Origin: the human T2T-CHM13v2.0 reference genome, Homo sapiens | Length of the DNA: 64,000 nucleotides | Direction: 5' to 3' (one strand) | NCBI RefSeq assembly: GCF_009914755.1 | Contig: NC_060925.1 | Part shown: positions 1-14,275 of the stretch, one piece after another | Position numbering within the stretch: the stretch's first letter is position 1 | Layout of the letters: every line of letters begins with the position of its first letter | Program-made: the position numbers and the translations under genes | The notes under the pieces: generated by a model | Databases searched by the model: none | Told to the model about the DNA's origin: nothing | The model's input: the letters and a program-made list of their open reading frames with translations, nothing else

Positions 1-1103
1 GAATTGCTGTGTATGGATGAAATGAGATAGGGGATGAACAGCACCTGGCATGAAGCCTGGCGCATAGTCGGTGCTCAGGAACTGCTTCTTGTCTGCTCCC
101 TTCCACCTGCAGCAGGCACAGCTCTGGGCTCTCATCCTTCTTCTGGAGGAGAGAAGAAGGGAGAAAAGCGATGTGGCAGCAAACCAGGGCAGCGACCTCA
201 TCAGTTACAGGTGAAAAAGATGGACCTAAATTGTTCGAGCAAATGAATGAATGGCCTTACTGCTCTTGCAGACCAGTGGTATATCTATTCATCCAAGATT
301 CAGATTTTAACTAGGAACAGCAGGAGGATAAGTTTCTACAGTAAAGACAGTTGTTAGAATTCACAGAGCAGAGAAGCTCTTTAAGAGACAAGATTCCTGA
401 TAGTCTTTTCACGAGGAAGAAGAATATTGATTACAAGAGAAGGTTCTACGTGTGTTAGGCCCTATGCCCTCTCCTGCCTCAGGAGAGGAGAGGATGCCCT
501 GTGAGCATCAGTTCCATTTGGTGATCTTTTTCATTTCTCCCTGTTTCCTTCATTCATGGCTGCTTCAAGCCAGGACAAGGCAAAATAAAGAAATTCTGAC
601 CTTCAGCAACTTCTTTATGCTCTCAGAATCTGCTTTTTCAATCTGTAGTTTAGAAATAATCATATTTGCCCCACAAAGTTTTTGTTAGAATTGAGGCAGA
701 GGAAAAGAAGCTCTGCAACATTATATATCCACCTTAAATCCATGCATTGGCTACAGAGGTTCCTCCAAAAACACTGAACAGGTTGCTTAACTTAAAATAT
801 AATTTTATATATATATATAAAATATATATATAAAAGGAAATTGCTAAATCAAAATGAAAAAAAAAAAAGAAAAGGGCTTCTCACTGCCCTTAAAAAAGTC
901 AGCAGTCGACAGCATAACTCATCTGCCAGCCTCATCTTTTACCATGCCTCCCTGGCTGTCTGTGCTTTGGCTGTATTGGCCTTTGTCATTTGTGAGAGAT
1001 GCCATGCTCTTGCCAGCCTAGGCCTTTGCACATACTGTACCCATGCCTGGCACATTCTTGCCTCTCCTCTCCACCTGACCATCTCTTATCCCTCTTTTAG
1101 AAT

Positions 1104-1461
1104 TGATATGGTTTGGCTTTGTGTCCCCACCCAAATCTCATCTCAAATTGTAATCGCCGGTGTTGAGAGAGAGACCTAGTGGGAGGTGGTTGGATCATGG
1201 CGGCAGTTTCCCCCATGCTGTTATTGTGATAGTGAGTGGGTGAGTTCTCATGAGATCCGTTGGTTTTACAAGGGGCTCTTCCCCCTTCACTCTCTTTTGA
1301 CTGCTGCATGTAAGATATGCCTGCTTCCCCTTCTGCCATGATTGTAAGTTTCCTGAGGCCTCCCCAGCCATGCAGAACCGTGAGTCAGTTAAACCTCCTT
1401 TCTTTATAAATTACCCAGTCTCTGGCAGTTCTCTATAGCAGTGTGAAAATGGGCTAATACA
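1104..1461 (+). mobile_element. THE1/MST-type (ERVL-MaLR) solo LTR
   Basis: TGATATGGTTTGGCT...CTAATACA termini, imperfect 5-bp TSD agaat/aggat. Confidence 0.9.
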
Positions 1462-1484
1462 AGGATCCAGGTTAAATTCACTTC

Positions 1485-3230
1485 AGTCATTTAAATCACA
1501 AATATTTATTGAGTGCCTACTATGTGCCAGGCACTTTTCTAGACAATGGGGAAAGTAGCAAATAGGAAGGCAAAGTCCTATGAATCTCGTATTCTAGCAC
1601 TGGGGAGACAGAGGGAAAACAAGCAAGCAATGAAGGAACAAGATAATGCTTTAATGGTGATATTGAGAGGCAATACAAAGGTAATCAGATGGGTCAGGCC
1701 AGGCTCTCTGGAGGGTGGTGGTTGGGTGGGAGAGGGTGGTATACATTAGATTAGATCACTTCTTAGTGATATGAGCTGTGAGCTGAAAGATTAAAAAAGG
1801 ATACTCCCAAGAGAGGTAGCAGCAAATACAATGGCCTGAGGCAAAGATGAGCTTTGTACAGTCAAAGGGAAAAAAGGTCATGGTTCCTAGAACACTGTGA
1901 TGGAGTTAGAGAAGCATAAGATAAATCAAAGAGGTGGGTGGAGCAGAACATCTAGGGCCTTCTAGGCCATGGGTCAGGGCTCAGATATTAAGTCTAAATG
2001 GAAGCTATTGGAGCATTTTAATTTACACTTACATTTAAAAAATATTACCCTGGATGCTAAATGGAGAATGCCTGGTAGAAATGACAGGGAGAAATCACAG
2101 GGTGGCAGGGAGAGGGAGAGGGAGTTAGGAGGAGTGGCAAAAACTTTTGGATGATCTGTACAGGATGCAATGTGGAGATATTGGTGACTCAGATGATACT
2201 ACCCTTGAGGGGTTAATATCAATATCTTCATCTGGTAGATAAGGGAATTGAAGAGAAGTGGGGTACACTTTGGAATTAAATCCTATAGATCTTGTTCATG
2301 GATTGGGTGGTAAAGGTGAAGAAAGGAGATGAGACAATAGGAAGAGCAAGGAAGGAAAACACTCTGGGGAGAAATGAAGATTTTGGCATCTGCTATATTA
2401 AATTACTTTCTTATGGAAGACTTCCCTGATCCCCAGTCCTGGTTAGAGCTTTATATTGGTTGCTCCCAGAGCAATGTGTAGCTCTCCTTTGTAACACTCC
2501 AAACATTTTATCATTTGTCATTATTTGTTCCTTCACTAGACCTGATGGGAGGAACCCACCTTTCTTGTTTAATGCTATCTCTCCAGTGCTTTGCACAGTA
2601 CCTGGCATGTAATTATAATATAATATAACAAAACATATTATTATAATAATCTGACATCTAATATAATAATATTAATAACAAACAACACTTAAAGAGTAGT
2701 TTCTCTGTGTCAGGTCCTATTCTGAGTGCTTTACAGGTGATTTTCACAGCAGTCCCCTGAAATGGGTACTGTTATGTTTGACAGATATGCAAACTGAGGC
2801 ACAGAGAGAGTAAGTAAACTTGACCAAGGTCACACAGCTAGCAAATGCCAATAAGTGAATATTTTACAAACGATACATTGTTTATAGTTCACACCACCAC
2901 AGTGAGGTATGTTTTTGTGTTCCTATTTTAGGTTTGAGCAAAGTGAGACATAAATCTGTTTGAGGTGTTGATACTGGGAAGTAGGGTTGGCAGGATTTGA
3001 ACTGTCCAGAGACAGGCTCACTCAGTTTGTGAATGTTGAGAGCGTTCACTGTGGGGCCAAGCTGACTCAGTCTGAAATGTGTCCCTGCCACTTACTAGCT
3101 AGGCATGTGAGACTTTGGCTGAATTAAATGCTTTGTACTTCAGTTTCCTCATCTGTAAATTGACACTATTAACAGTGCTTGTCTTCAGGAGGACTGGATG
3201 TAATATTTGAAGAGCCCTTAGAATACATGT
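1485..3230. mobile_element. Cluster of old L2 and MIR fragments
   Basis: L2 3'-end motif (tatttattgagtgcctactatgtgccaggcact) and MIR core motifs (aaactgaggcacagagag; cagtttcctcatctgtaaa). Confidence 0.65.
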
Positions 3231-4563
3231 AGACTTTATGGAAAGGACCTACAGTTTGCCTATAGATAAAGCCAAGGAAGGAAGGTCCACTGCTCCCCAA
3301 GTCTTCTCCACGGGTCATTCATCCTGGATTAAGATGTTAGAACTAAACAATCATTGTGGTTACGGTTGACACTCATCTAATTCACTGCCTCCGTTCATTA
3401 TATAGATAAATAAGCTGGGGCGTGCTGCGAGGGTAAGTGAATGAGATGGGACAAAATCCTGGGGAGCCTCCCGGAAAAACATGATACCTTCTGTATGTTC
3501 GAGGTTTCATAAAGATGAGTCATATAATCTCCAGAGCTAGAAAATCAGGCAGGCCCTTTTTGTGATTGAAAGAAAAACCTTCCTAATCATTTCTAAGACA
3601 AGCTCTCAATTTTCTTTGATTTGGGAATCAAAGAGAACAGGGAATATTATGCTCTTCACTGATGTTCTATTTTTTTTCCTTCTGCCAATCAAAAAGGAGG
3701 CCTAGGCAGCGTTGATTTTTTTTTTTCTTTTACTCTTTCTTCCAGACCTCTGGTGGAGGTGTTAATAAAAAGTGAATCAGTCAAATCCCAGCTTATCAGG
3801 AGGAGACAGAAAAGGGATAAAAATTCAGGGTAGTCAAGCGCCACATAATAGGGATTACCTATTTTGAAGCTAATTTGACAATAAGGTGTCTGAAAAGCCA
3901 GTCTTCCCATTTCTTTAAAGTGCTTTGTCTGAGTTGTATGCCTTTCTGTCAGGCAGTGAACTAACTCAATGACGTCAGACTTCGTTTCTACTTCCAAAAC
4001 ATAAGTGGTAACTTACCCAGTCCCTGGTCCACTGAGCAAATCTGGCTTCAAAAAGAAACTGTCCTGATCTGACACAATCCAAGTCAAAATATTTGAAACC
4101 CTATTTGAAACTGTGGTCTGGCATAATCCACATGATTCAGGGCTAGGTTCTCATAAACTGACTCAAAAAACATGCAATCTTCTGGTAGAACTTTTGCCCA
4201 GGGCTGGTAAACATGCAAATTATTGCAGTCTTTTCAGAAAGTAATTTGGAAAAACAGATCAAGAAGGTTTAAAAGGCTCATATCTTTTAACCCAGGCTTG
4301 AGAAAATATTCAGAGACAGGACTGAGTTTTATACACAGGTTCTTCCTTGAAGCACTATTTGCAACTACAAAAACAAAACAGGAATCAAAGAAAATATCCA
4401 ATAATTAACAAATTGCTTACATCATATTTCAATCATTCCAATATGTGTTTTCTTAAAAGAAATGTTTAGTGGCATGTGGAAAACATTCCCAACATGCACA
4501 AAGAGAGAGAAAACCCAGGGTTACAAATTACAAATAATATGATTTTAATTTTTTAAATCAATC

Positions 4564-4607
4564 CCATCCATCCATCCATCCATCCATCCATCCATCCATC
4601 CATCCAT
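4564..4607. repeat. (CCAT)n microsatellite
   Basis: About 11 perfect CCAT units. Confidence 0.95.
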
Positions 4608-5632
4608 TTGTCCATTCTTTATCTCTTTATCTATCTAGGGGATATAGGCCTAGAAAAATAACTGAAAATAAATAAATATGTTAACAGTAATTATCCCAGT
4701 ATATTGGCCTCTTTAGTATTTTTCATCTTTGCACTTTTCCATATTTTCCAAATTTCCTGTGGTGACCATGTCCTACTTTATAATAAGGAAAAGAATGATA
4801 AAGACTATCATTTACAGAAACAAGACAGCCCTTATCTCTTCTTTGAACTGCAAAAACACCTAACAACATATTCTCCTTCTCCTTCAATTTGTGTGCTACA
4901 CGAGCTGCCATATTGATTTTTCTGAACCATTCTTTTTATTATAACATCCTTTCCCTTAAAGATTCTCTGGCTCCTCACTGCTTATATAAATAATTGTTAA
5001 ACTACTTAACCTGGCTTTCCCGGCCTTCAGAAATCTGGTCCTGTTATACCATCTGTGGATTTTTATTAGTATTTTTTCTCCTTAAATCTCCATTCAACAG
5101 ATATTTATGAAGCACCAGCTCTGTGCTAGGCTGGCTTTTCTCCTCACCTCCCAAATTCTCCACAAGTGGCCTCTTCCCTGGCCCAGCCTCATGTGCTCCC
5201 ACCTGTAAGTCTCTGTTCCTTGGCATGCTCCTTATTGCACCCATTGCAAAAGATGCAATGTGTGTGCACCATCCTCTCAGAGACTTCTGTTTATCCACCC
5301 AACTTGGGCACATGCTCTAGGGACTTAGGCAAGTGCCTTAATCCCTCATTGCCTTCATCTTCCCATTTGTATAATGGAAACTACAGTGGCAATATGTAAT
5401 CTATTCATTTGTTGTGAAGATCCAAAGAGCTGATATATGTAAAATGCTTAGGACAGTGTCTGGCACAATGTAAAAGCTCAAGAAACATTTCTTATTTGTC
5501 TTGTAACTTCCTTCAAGGTAGGATCCTAGTCTCATTCCAATTTACAACTCCCATGGAACCTAACCACCTTGCTCTGTCTCTAGTTGGATACTGAAGAAAT
5601 TCTTGTTGAGTAATGTATGAATGAATGGCAGC

Positions 5633-5993
5633 TGCTATAGACTGAAGGTTTATGTCTCTCCCCACTATTCATATATTAACACCAAATCCCCAATGTGATG
5701 GCATTTAGAGTGGAGACTTTGGGAGGTGATTGGGTCCTGAGGGTATAATCCCTCATAATAGGATCAGTGTTCTGTAGGAAACAGCCCAGAGAGCTCCCTA
5801 ACCCCTTCTACTGTGTGAGGATGCAGCAAAATGGCCATCTATGAACCAGGAAGCAGGCCCTCACCAGACACTGAATCTGTCAGAGTCTTGATCATGGACT
5901 TCCCAGCCTCCAGAACTATGAGAAGTAAATTTCTGTTGTTTATAAGCCACCCTGTCTATGGTATTGTTATAGAAGCCTGGATGGACTAAGACA
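5633..5993 (+). mobile_element. MLT1A-type MaLR solo LTR
   Basis: TGCTATAGACTGAA...GGACTAAGACA termini and typical internal motifs. Confidence 0.85.
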
Positions 5994-7070
5994 AAATTTA
6001 TATGAGCTTTTACTGACCATGTATATCCCTTCTCCTTTTGGACACTCTGTCCCTGACTATAAACCGTACCCATATCATTCATCACTTGTGTGGTCAATGT
6101 TGGTGCTATTCATTGTGATTATGGTCAAACCCTCTGCTGTAGCTGTACAACTTGGCATCAGATTTCTTCTGTTCCTGAAGCATTGTGGTGGTAGATGCTT
6201 AATAATCTTGCTCACAGATTTCTATACTGTTCCCATTTTTCCATAGCAAGTTGCAGAATAGCTACCTTATGTTTTCCAACCTTAATTTTCTTGGCCACAA
6301 GCCTGAAGGAAATTACATTAAGTCTTTCACTTTAAGCCCATGCATTGCATTATCCCAGATGAATGCACTAATTCATTTGAAAATTAGAGAAAAATAGACA
6401 AATGATGGTATAAAAAAAAAAGTAACTGATTTATTTAGGGACCACTATTTGCCAGGTTCTGCAATAATCCCTTTCATACAGTTATCCTGTTAAAAATGTG
6501 AAACACATTTAGAAGCTGTGTGACCACAGTCAAATCAAGTTGTTCCCTCTAAGCTTTGGCTTGAGCTTTCCCAGGCTGTACTATTGCCTGCCCAAATGCC
6601 GCTTCTGTTTTCTGCCCCATCTGTCAACAGTCTTCTAGAAAATTCTATTTACAAATAAAAAGTAGAGTTAATTATTTCCTATTTCAAACCTATTCTTCCT
6701 TCTATGTCCCTGCCATCCATTCAGCTGCCCAAGTCAGAAACTTAGGAGTCACCCACCCACCTTTCCTACCCCCACATGACTGCCCTGACTACAATTCAGG
6801 CCACTTTCATGTCTCATCTGCTTTAGGGCAACAACCTCCTAATTGGTCCCCCTTTCATAACCCCTTCTTGGCTGATCTAATCTACTTTTCTCATTGTAGC
6901 CATGATCTTTGCAAAATAAAAAAGTGGCCCTGTCACTCTCTGGCTTTTAAGCCCTCAACAGCTCTTCATGAACTCCATAAGATATCATCTAGCCCCTGCT
7001 TCTCTCTCAAGTTTTATCTTTTCAACCCATCAGTTTTTCGGTTATATACTTTGAATTTTATGTGCTACAT

Positions 7071-7591
7071 GAGAGGTTCTCAAAGTGTGGTTGTAGGACC
7101 AATGGGGTTTCCGTGCCCTGTCAAGGAGTCTTAGGTCGAAACTATTTTCATAATAATACTAACATATCATTTGCTTTATTCACTTTCATTTTCTCATGAG
7201 TTTATGGTGGAATTTTCCAAAAGCTACATGATGTGTGCTATTGTAACAGATGGAATGCAAAAGTAGATATGAGAACCCAGCTAACTGTCTTTGATTAAGC
7301 CAGACATTACAGAGATTTGCAAAGATGTAAATCTATACCAGCTTCTCACTATTTTTTTTTGAAAAATATACTTGTTTTTTATAAAAGATATTTTTGTTAG
7401 CACATAATGCATAATGGGTTTATTATTATTTTAAATTAATAAATATACAGATTTAAAAATGTTTACAGTTTCAACATTTAATATGGTAAATACCAAGAAA
7501 TATATCCCACATGAACAAAATATTTTGAGGGTGCTTAATAATTTTTAATATTACAAAGGGGTCCCAAGACTAGAAAGTTTCAGAACCACTA
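7071..7591. mobile_element. hAT-Charlie family DNA transposon fossil
   Basis: TIR-like ends ggttctcaaagtgtgg ... aagtttcagaaccact. Confidence 0.7.
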
Positions 7592-7841
7592 CTCTAGCAG
7601 TGGAACCATTCAGAGCACCCCAGAATATGTTCTGTCACTTTCTCTCCCAGCCCACTCAGTGCTTCTCCATCACCATAATGGTTTCTCTCTGCTTCTTCTC
7701 TGTCTGCTGAATTCTCCTGCACAAGAGTCACCACTTAGTGAAAGCATTCCTTTGAGCTTTACAAGAGTAGCTACAAGGCTGACTTTTGCTGAAGGCCTCT
7801 TGTATGCTAAGCAAATAATTGCTTTACCTGCATTTTCTCCT

Positions 7842-8487
<646 letters not shown>

Positions 8488-8669
8488 TAGGCTGAGGCAA
8501 GGCCAGGGAGGGTCAGGGAGGAGGAAAGATAACATCAGTTCTAGTCTAGACCTAAGAAAACTTAGGCTCAGAGAGGTTTAGAAGCTGCTCAGGTCACAGA
8601 GCTAGTGAGTGGCACAGTTGATTTGAATTCATCCTCTTCCCACTCAGTGGTTCTTATAGTTCTATGTGC

Positions 8670-9110
8670 TAGTGGTGTGCTGGTGAATAATAAACAACTG
8701 GCTCTCCAATAGGACAAAGCCCTCATTAGTAGTGTTTGGCAATTTCCATGGTGTAAATGCTCCTGCAGTGGCCAGTTTCAGGCCGCCAACATGACATCAT
8801 TGAACAGAGAGATCAAAAGGGGTGTGCAGTCGTCCACATCATAGAGCATTTTCACCACACACATAAAAATGATGAAAAACTCAAGAGCACAGGTAATAGT
8901 TAAGTGTGGTAAAGTAATTGGGAATTACAGTGATGAATTCTGAGTATTTTGAATTTGAGCATATTTGTTTTAAATATAATTTCTGTAATTATAAGTTGAT
9001 CTAATCTACTTGTTTATAATTGTTAATAATTGCGTGTTTAGCAACCAACTTGCATAATTCCCAAATATGTAACAATTGACTCTTGGACCTCAGAATTAAC
9101 TTTCAACCTT
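8670..9110. mobile_element. MER63-like hAT fossil
   Basis: Starts agtggtgtgctgg and carries subterminal aacaactggctctc / aacaattgactct motifs. Confidence 0.6.
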
Positions 9111-10048
9111 TGGACATCACAGATGTTTGAGCCCTCTTCCAAACCTACTGAAGCCACCTCTCCATGCTGGTGTCCAGGCAGCTGTGTTTTTACCAAGCCC
9201 TCCAATCTCATCTCATCATGCACACAGAGAGTCATTTGTTCATTCTTCCCTCATTCACCAAGTCAGCACACATTGACTAAAGGCCTACATTATGTCAGAT
9301 ACTGTTTCAAGGTGCCTACCTCATGGTCCACATTCCTACCAGACGGTATCCTCATTTAGAGCAGGGATGGAGCCTATCTCCCAGAGCTTGGTGCAGAGTC
9401 TAATGCATCATACAAACTTAATAAATGTTTTTGCTGGAACAAAATAATAACAAGAAGCCAGGTTTTGCCTGGCTCAGCTCCAATCAGCCCAAATCTCTGG
9501 GATTGGAGAGCATAAGCATCAAATGTGGGTTGGCATGAGATAGGTTTGGGTTTGAGTCTGATTCTTGGACAAGTAAGTTAGTCTACTACTTTTCCATTTC
9601 CTCTGCTGTAAAAATACTAATACCCACTTTAGAGGGCGGTTGTAGGAATTACACACAATCATGTTTTTATCGCATCCTTAGCAAAGTGTCCTGGTCACAT
9701 TATCTGAAGAGCATCCTTGGCCACTCTTGGTTCCTTCATCCTGTGTTATTTTTCTTCATTATGCTTATCATTGTTTGATGTTATAGTATGTATGTATGCA
9801 TGTCTGATATTTAGGTATTTTATTATTGTGCCTCCTCCCCATACTACCCACCCACTAGAATGGTGTTCTATTAAGGGAAAGACCCAGTTTGTTACATTCA
9901 TCTCTGTATCCTCAGCACCTAGAAAAGTCCCCAATACCCAGTAGGCTTCCAGTAGATATTTGACAGATAGATGAATGGATGGACAGAGAGCCTAGTATTT
10001 GTTGGTTATTAGTAAAAACATTATGTTTTTTAAAAATACCTCCCTCTG

Positions 10049-10175
10049 AGGCTACAGTGAGCCGAGTTCATGCCACTGCACTTCAGCCTGTGCGACAGAG
10101 TGAGACTCCATCTCAAAAAATAATTAATTATTTAATTAATTAAATAAAAATAAATAAATAAATAAATAAATTAAA
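10049..10175 (+). mobile_element. Heavily 5'-truncated Alu with TAAA tail
   Basis: Only the last ~65 nt of the right arm, flanked by the direct repeat TACCTCCCTCTG (10037-10048, 10181-10192). Confidence 0.9.
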
Positions 10176-13083
10176 AAAATTACCTCCCTCTGGATTAGGG
10201 ACCCTGTTGTGTGTCTCACTTGTACTCCAGGATCTAGAATCTGCTTCCTTCTTGTACATGTGGCACATGCCATGGCCTCCTCCAGCTCCTGGCCTGTCCT
10301 CATCCTTGTAGTTCTAAGTCTTATAGTGACATCATCTTTTCTCCTATTGTGTTCCGGTATTGTAAGAAGGTTACTTGTGAACTTTTCTTCCTGACTCTGC
10401 CAGGAAATTGTTTGGTCTTTTACTGGTACCTGATGCCCCTGGAAGCTTTTCTGCTTCAGACCTGATGAAGTCAACCACAAAGTGACAAGTTTCCCTGCAA
10501 CATGAGGGTCATTGCATTTCTAAGCATATGTTGAGTTCTTATTTTTGATATGCACAGAAAAGTCAGTTGATTATTCTAACTTAAAAATAAAATTCTACCT
10601 TCATATTGGCTTGCCTTTTCTCTCCTTTGGGACAGGTTGGGAACTTGGGAAGCATAATATAGGTCTATGCTCTTGGCTTATGGTGGTTCAGAGATCAGGG
10701 CTTTTGGAATTGGGCAAATCTAGGCTTGAATCCCAATTTTGCTCCTTCCTAGCTCTGTGCCCTGGGAAGATAGTTAACCTTTCTGAGTCTCAATTTCCTC
10801 TATAAAATGTGGCTTCCTTCCTTAACATGTACTTATTCAGCCCCTAGTGAGTTCATACATTGTTCTAGACGTTAGGGATACACCAGTGCGCAAGCATCAC
10901 ACATGACCTCATGCCCATGAGTTGTCTTCTCTATCTGGTTGGTAAACTATTAAACAAACAATGCTGCAAAGGAGAAGGACAGGGTTTGATGGGAACTTAC
11001 AATGGAGATATAACCCAGTCTGGACAATCAGAGAAGGTCTAACCGAGGCAGTGTTAACCTGAGTAGCAAAGAACAGATGTAGCTGAGTGGGCTGTAAGGA
11101 AGGAGGAACGAAGGTTGAGTCTTTAGAGAGCTATGGTTTAGAACTAGAGGTGAAGGCTCTGTATTCAAAACTGGTTTGGCGAGACAAACGGAATACAACT
11201 TGGAATATAACTCCTCATATACCATCATTTAAACCCCTACTTGCCTGCTATGGACCTTGAGTTTAAAATTCTATCATTTTAAAGATGAAAAAACTGCAAT
11301 CCACAGAAGTTTCCACAGGCCACCAGCTAGTTAAGCATGGCAGAGCTGATATTAAAGTTAGCACCTTAAAGTATATCCATACCATCAGGGCGGGGGGCAT
11401 TTTCACTCTGGTGGGCATTTTCAGGCAACAATTCCAAATACGTGAAGAACTGCCTTGTCCTCAAATAGCCCAGCTTCACAGCATGGCTCATTTCACATTT
11501 AAATTGCACTGGGAACAAATACATTTCACAATGTTCAGCTTCAGGTTGCGAAGAATAACATGCTAATAGAGAGTTGCAGGTACCAGTCATTTTCCTCCAA
11601 ATCAGTCTCTTTTGGTCCCACTCTGGATTAATGACCACCTTTGCAAAGAGGCCACATGAGCTTTCAAAGAGAAAGGAGTAAACAGGAGGACATGCATTAA
11701 CATGGCAGGCTAGTCACCTCCCACACCTGAATGTAGAGCTTTTAGAAATGGAATTGTTAAGATGTGCTTCTTTTACAAATATCAGATAAACATAATCTCT
11801 GAGGGTACAGAGGTAGTGGGTGTTGGGTAGAATGATACTTTAGCCATGGAGTGAATATCTAGGGCAAGTAAAAAGTGAAGGAGACATCTAATTCATGTAA
11901 TGGGTGGAGGATTTACTAAGTGTCAGGCACTATAAACAATGATTTCATAGGTGTTTTATTTCATTTGCACAACTCACTAGGTCACACACCAAGAAAGAGG
12001 AGACATGAGATTAAACCCACGTTTTCTAACTCTGGGCTCATTTTGGTGACGTCAGGTGATTTGGGTGAGAATCCCAGTTCCAGCGATCTCAGCATGACTG
12101 GTACCTGCAACTCTCTATTATAAGTAATCTTGGGTTACTTATTTAACTGTTCTGAGCTTCATCTATTTCTCATCTGGTAAATGCCACATGCAGATGTACA
12201 ATACATTTACAGTTTGTTTGTTTTAATTAGACCATGTGGTTCCTCACTGGGATTACTTTAATATTAAATAAAATTAATAAATAATAATATAATAATAATA
12301 TTCAATAAAACTAATATTAAATAATATTAAATAAAATTGAAAAGCACATCGTGAATGAAGAGACCACAAAGAAAAGACTACATGGGATATTTGGGGGACA
12401 GCTAATTTTCCAGGCTGGTTGGGGAAAGGGTATATGGAGTGACATGCTCAGAGGGAACTATAAAGGAAGTCTTGAGGCAGGACATGGGGGACTCCAGTGC
12501 TGTTTTGAGTTTGGGAAATCTTCTCTAGCCCATGGCCATTCACTCAGAGGATAGAACAGATGGCGTTTATGAACCTACCCACATACACCCACAACATGTC
12601 AAATGGTTAAATTTATTGACTCACCATTTGCAAAATTGTGTTCATCTCCACACTAGGTTTCTTTCCACCACTTCCCAGTTTCAAATGGATGGCAGCTTTG
12701 GGATTCAGTATCAGTACCCTGATACTGACTCTATATCAGTGCAATGGAAATACTTTCAGTTTTCATTCATTTTCAACCTTACCAATGCTCTGGAATCACT
12801 AAATCTGACTTTTTTTTTTCCTAAGCTCTGGGCCTGTGAGCCCAGGTTTATAGATGTAGCTTATAGATATGCTATTCAAATTCATTTGTATGCAAACATA
12901 TCTCAGTGGATTTTGTTATACTTCTGTTCATCTTGAAATTCATGAAATTCCTCAGACATCTGACAATGCATAGAATTTTAAATATATGCTATCATTTTTC
13001 TAAGACACTTGATTTTTGATCCTGTCTAATGTATTTAATCAAACTCAAATTAGAAATTGGTTCCAACAGGCAGTCTTATAGAT

Positions 13084-13395
13084 CAGCACTGATCAGTAGG
13101 AACATAAAGTGAGTCATAAAGATGAGCCATGTATATAATTTTAAATTTCCTGATGGCCATATTAAAAAAAGTGAAAAGAAACATGAAAGTAATTTTAAAA
13201 ACATATTTCGTTTAACCCACAGTACTCAAAATATTATCATTCAACATGTAATAAATATACAAAATGATGAGATATTCTACATTTATTCTTTTCATACTAA
13301 GTCCAGACTGTATTTTATACATACAACACATTTCACTTTAGCCACATTTCAAGTGTACAATAGTCACATAAGGCTAAGAGCTGTAGATTCCAGTT
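13084..13395. mobile_element. MER33-like hAT-Charlie element
   Basis: Size about 310 bp with characteristic tagccacatttcaagtg..caatag.cacat end. Confidence 0.75.
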
Positions 13396-13761
13396 CCTTA
13401 GAACAGTTAGTTCCTTCAAAGAACTGGAAGAGTGATTTATATCCCCCTTCCTCTTGCTCCCATCCAAGCAGTAATATTGCAAAATTTCTCTCTCATCTAT
13501 GGATTTTTGGGGGTTAGACCTAAGAGATTATCTTGTCCTAAACTTTTGTATTATGGTCAATGAAGCTGAGATGCATGGAGAGAAAGAGTCTTGGCCAATT
13601 CAGCCATATCTCCTCTTGTGTTGGTGCAGTCTCCACTCCATGAAGCATGTCCATAGTGATTAAAAAGATGAGATAGTCTGAACTGAGAATTGTAATAAGG
13701 AATGGCTTCTTCGGTTAATAGAGTTTACAGAAGTATATAATGTAGATTTGGGAGGTGTCTT

Positions 13762-14275
13762 GTGACAGAAACCGCTAACTGTATCCACATATATTCTCTT
13801 CTTCCATGGTAACAAAACCCTTAGCTTGGCAGGGCACATATCTTCTTTATCCTAAGAAGATAAAGGATATATGTGCCAACCTCTCTGAAGATATGTGCCC
13901 ACTTCCCTGAAACCTGAGGAGAAGGGCATGAACTAAATTCTGACAGTGGGACATTAAGGGAAGTGATGAGTACAACTAAAGGAAATGTATATAAAGGGAA
14001 AGAACAATGCTCTTCCATTCTCCCCCTTCTTACTGACTGGAATATGTGAGTGATATTACAGCTTCAGCAACCTTCTTGAATCATGAAAAGAAGAGAAGCA
14101 AAGTGGGTGGAGAAAGAAGATAGGAAGAGTCTGATCCTTGACACTTTGGAGCACCACACGAGTCCTAGACTGACTAGCTACAGACTTTTTGCCTATGAGG
14201 AAGAAATAAACTTCTATTTCACCTAAGCCACTGTCATTTTAGATTTTTCCGTTACTCATAGCTTAACCTATATAG
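13762..14275 (+). mobile_element. Old MLT1 (J/K/L-type) LTR
   Basis: 3' signature aataaacttctattt..taagccactg. Confidence 0.6.

Noticed and set aside
797-870. AT palindrome and A-tract (also the AT-rich patches at 2610-2680 and 12260-12340)
   Set aside because: Ordinary low-complexity sequence.
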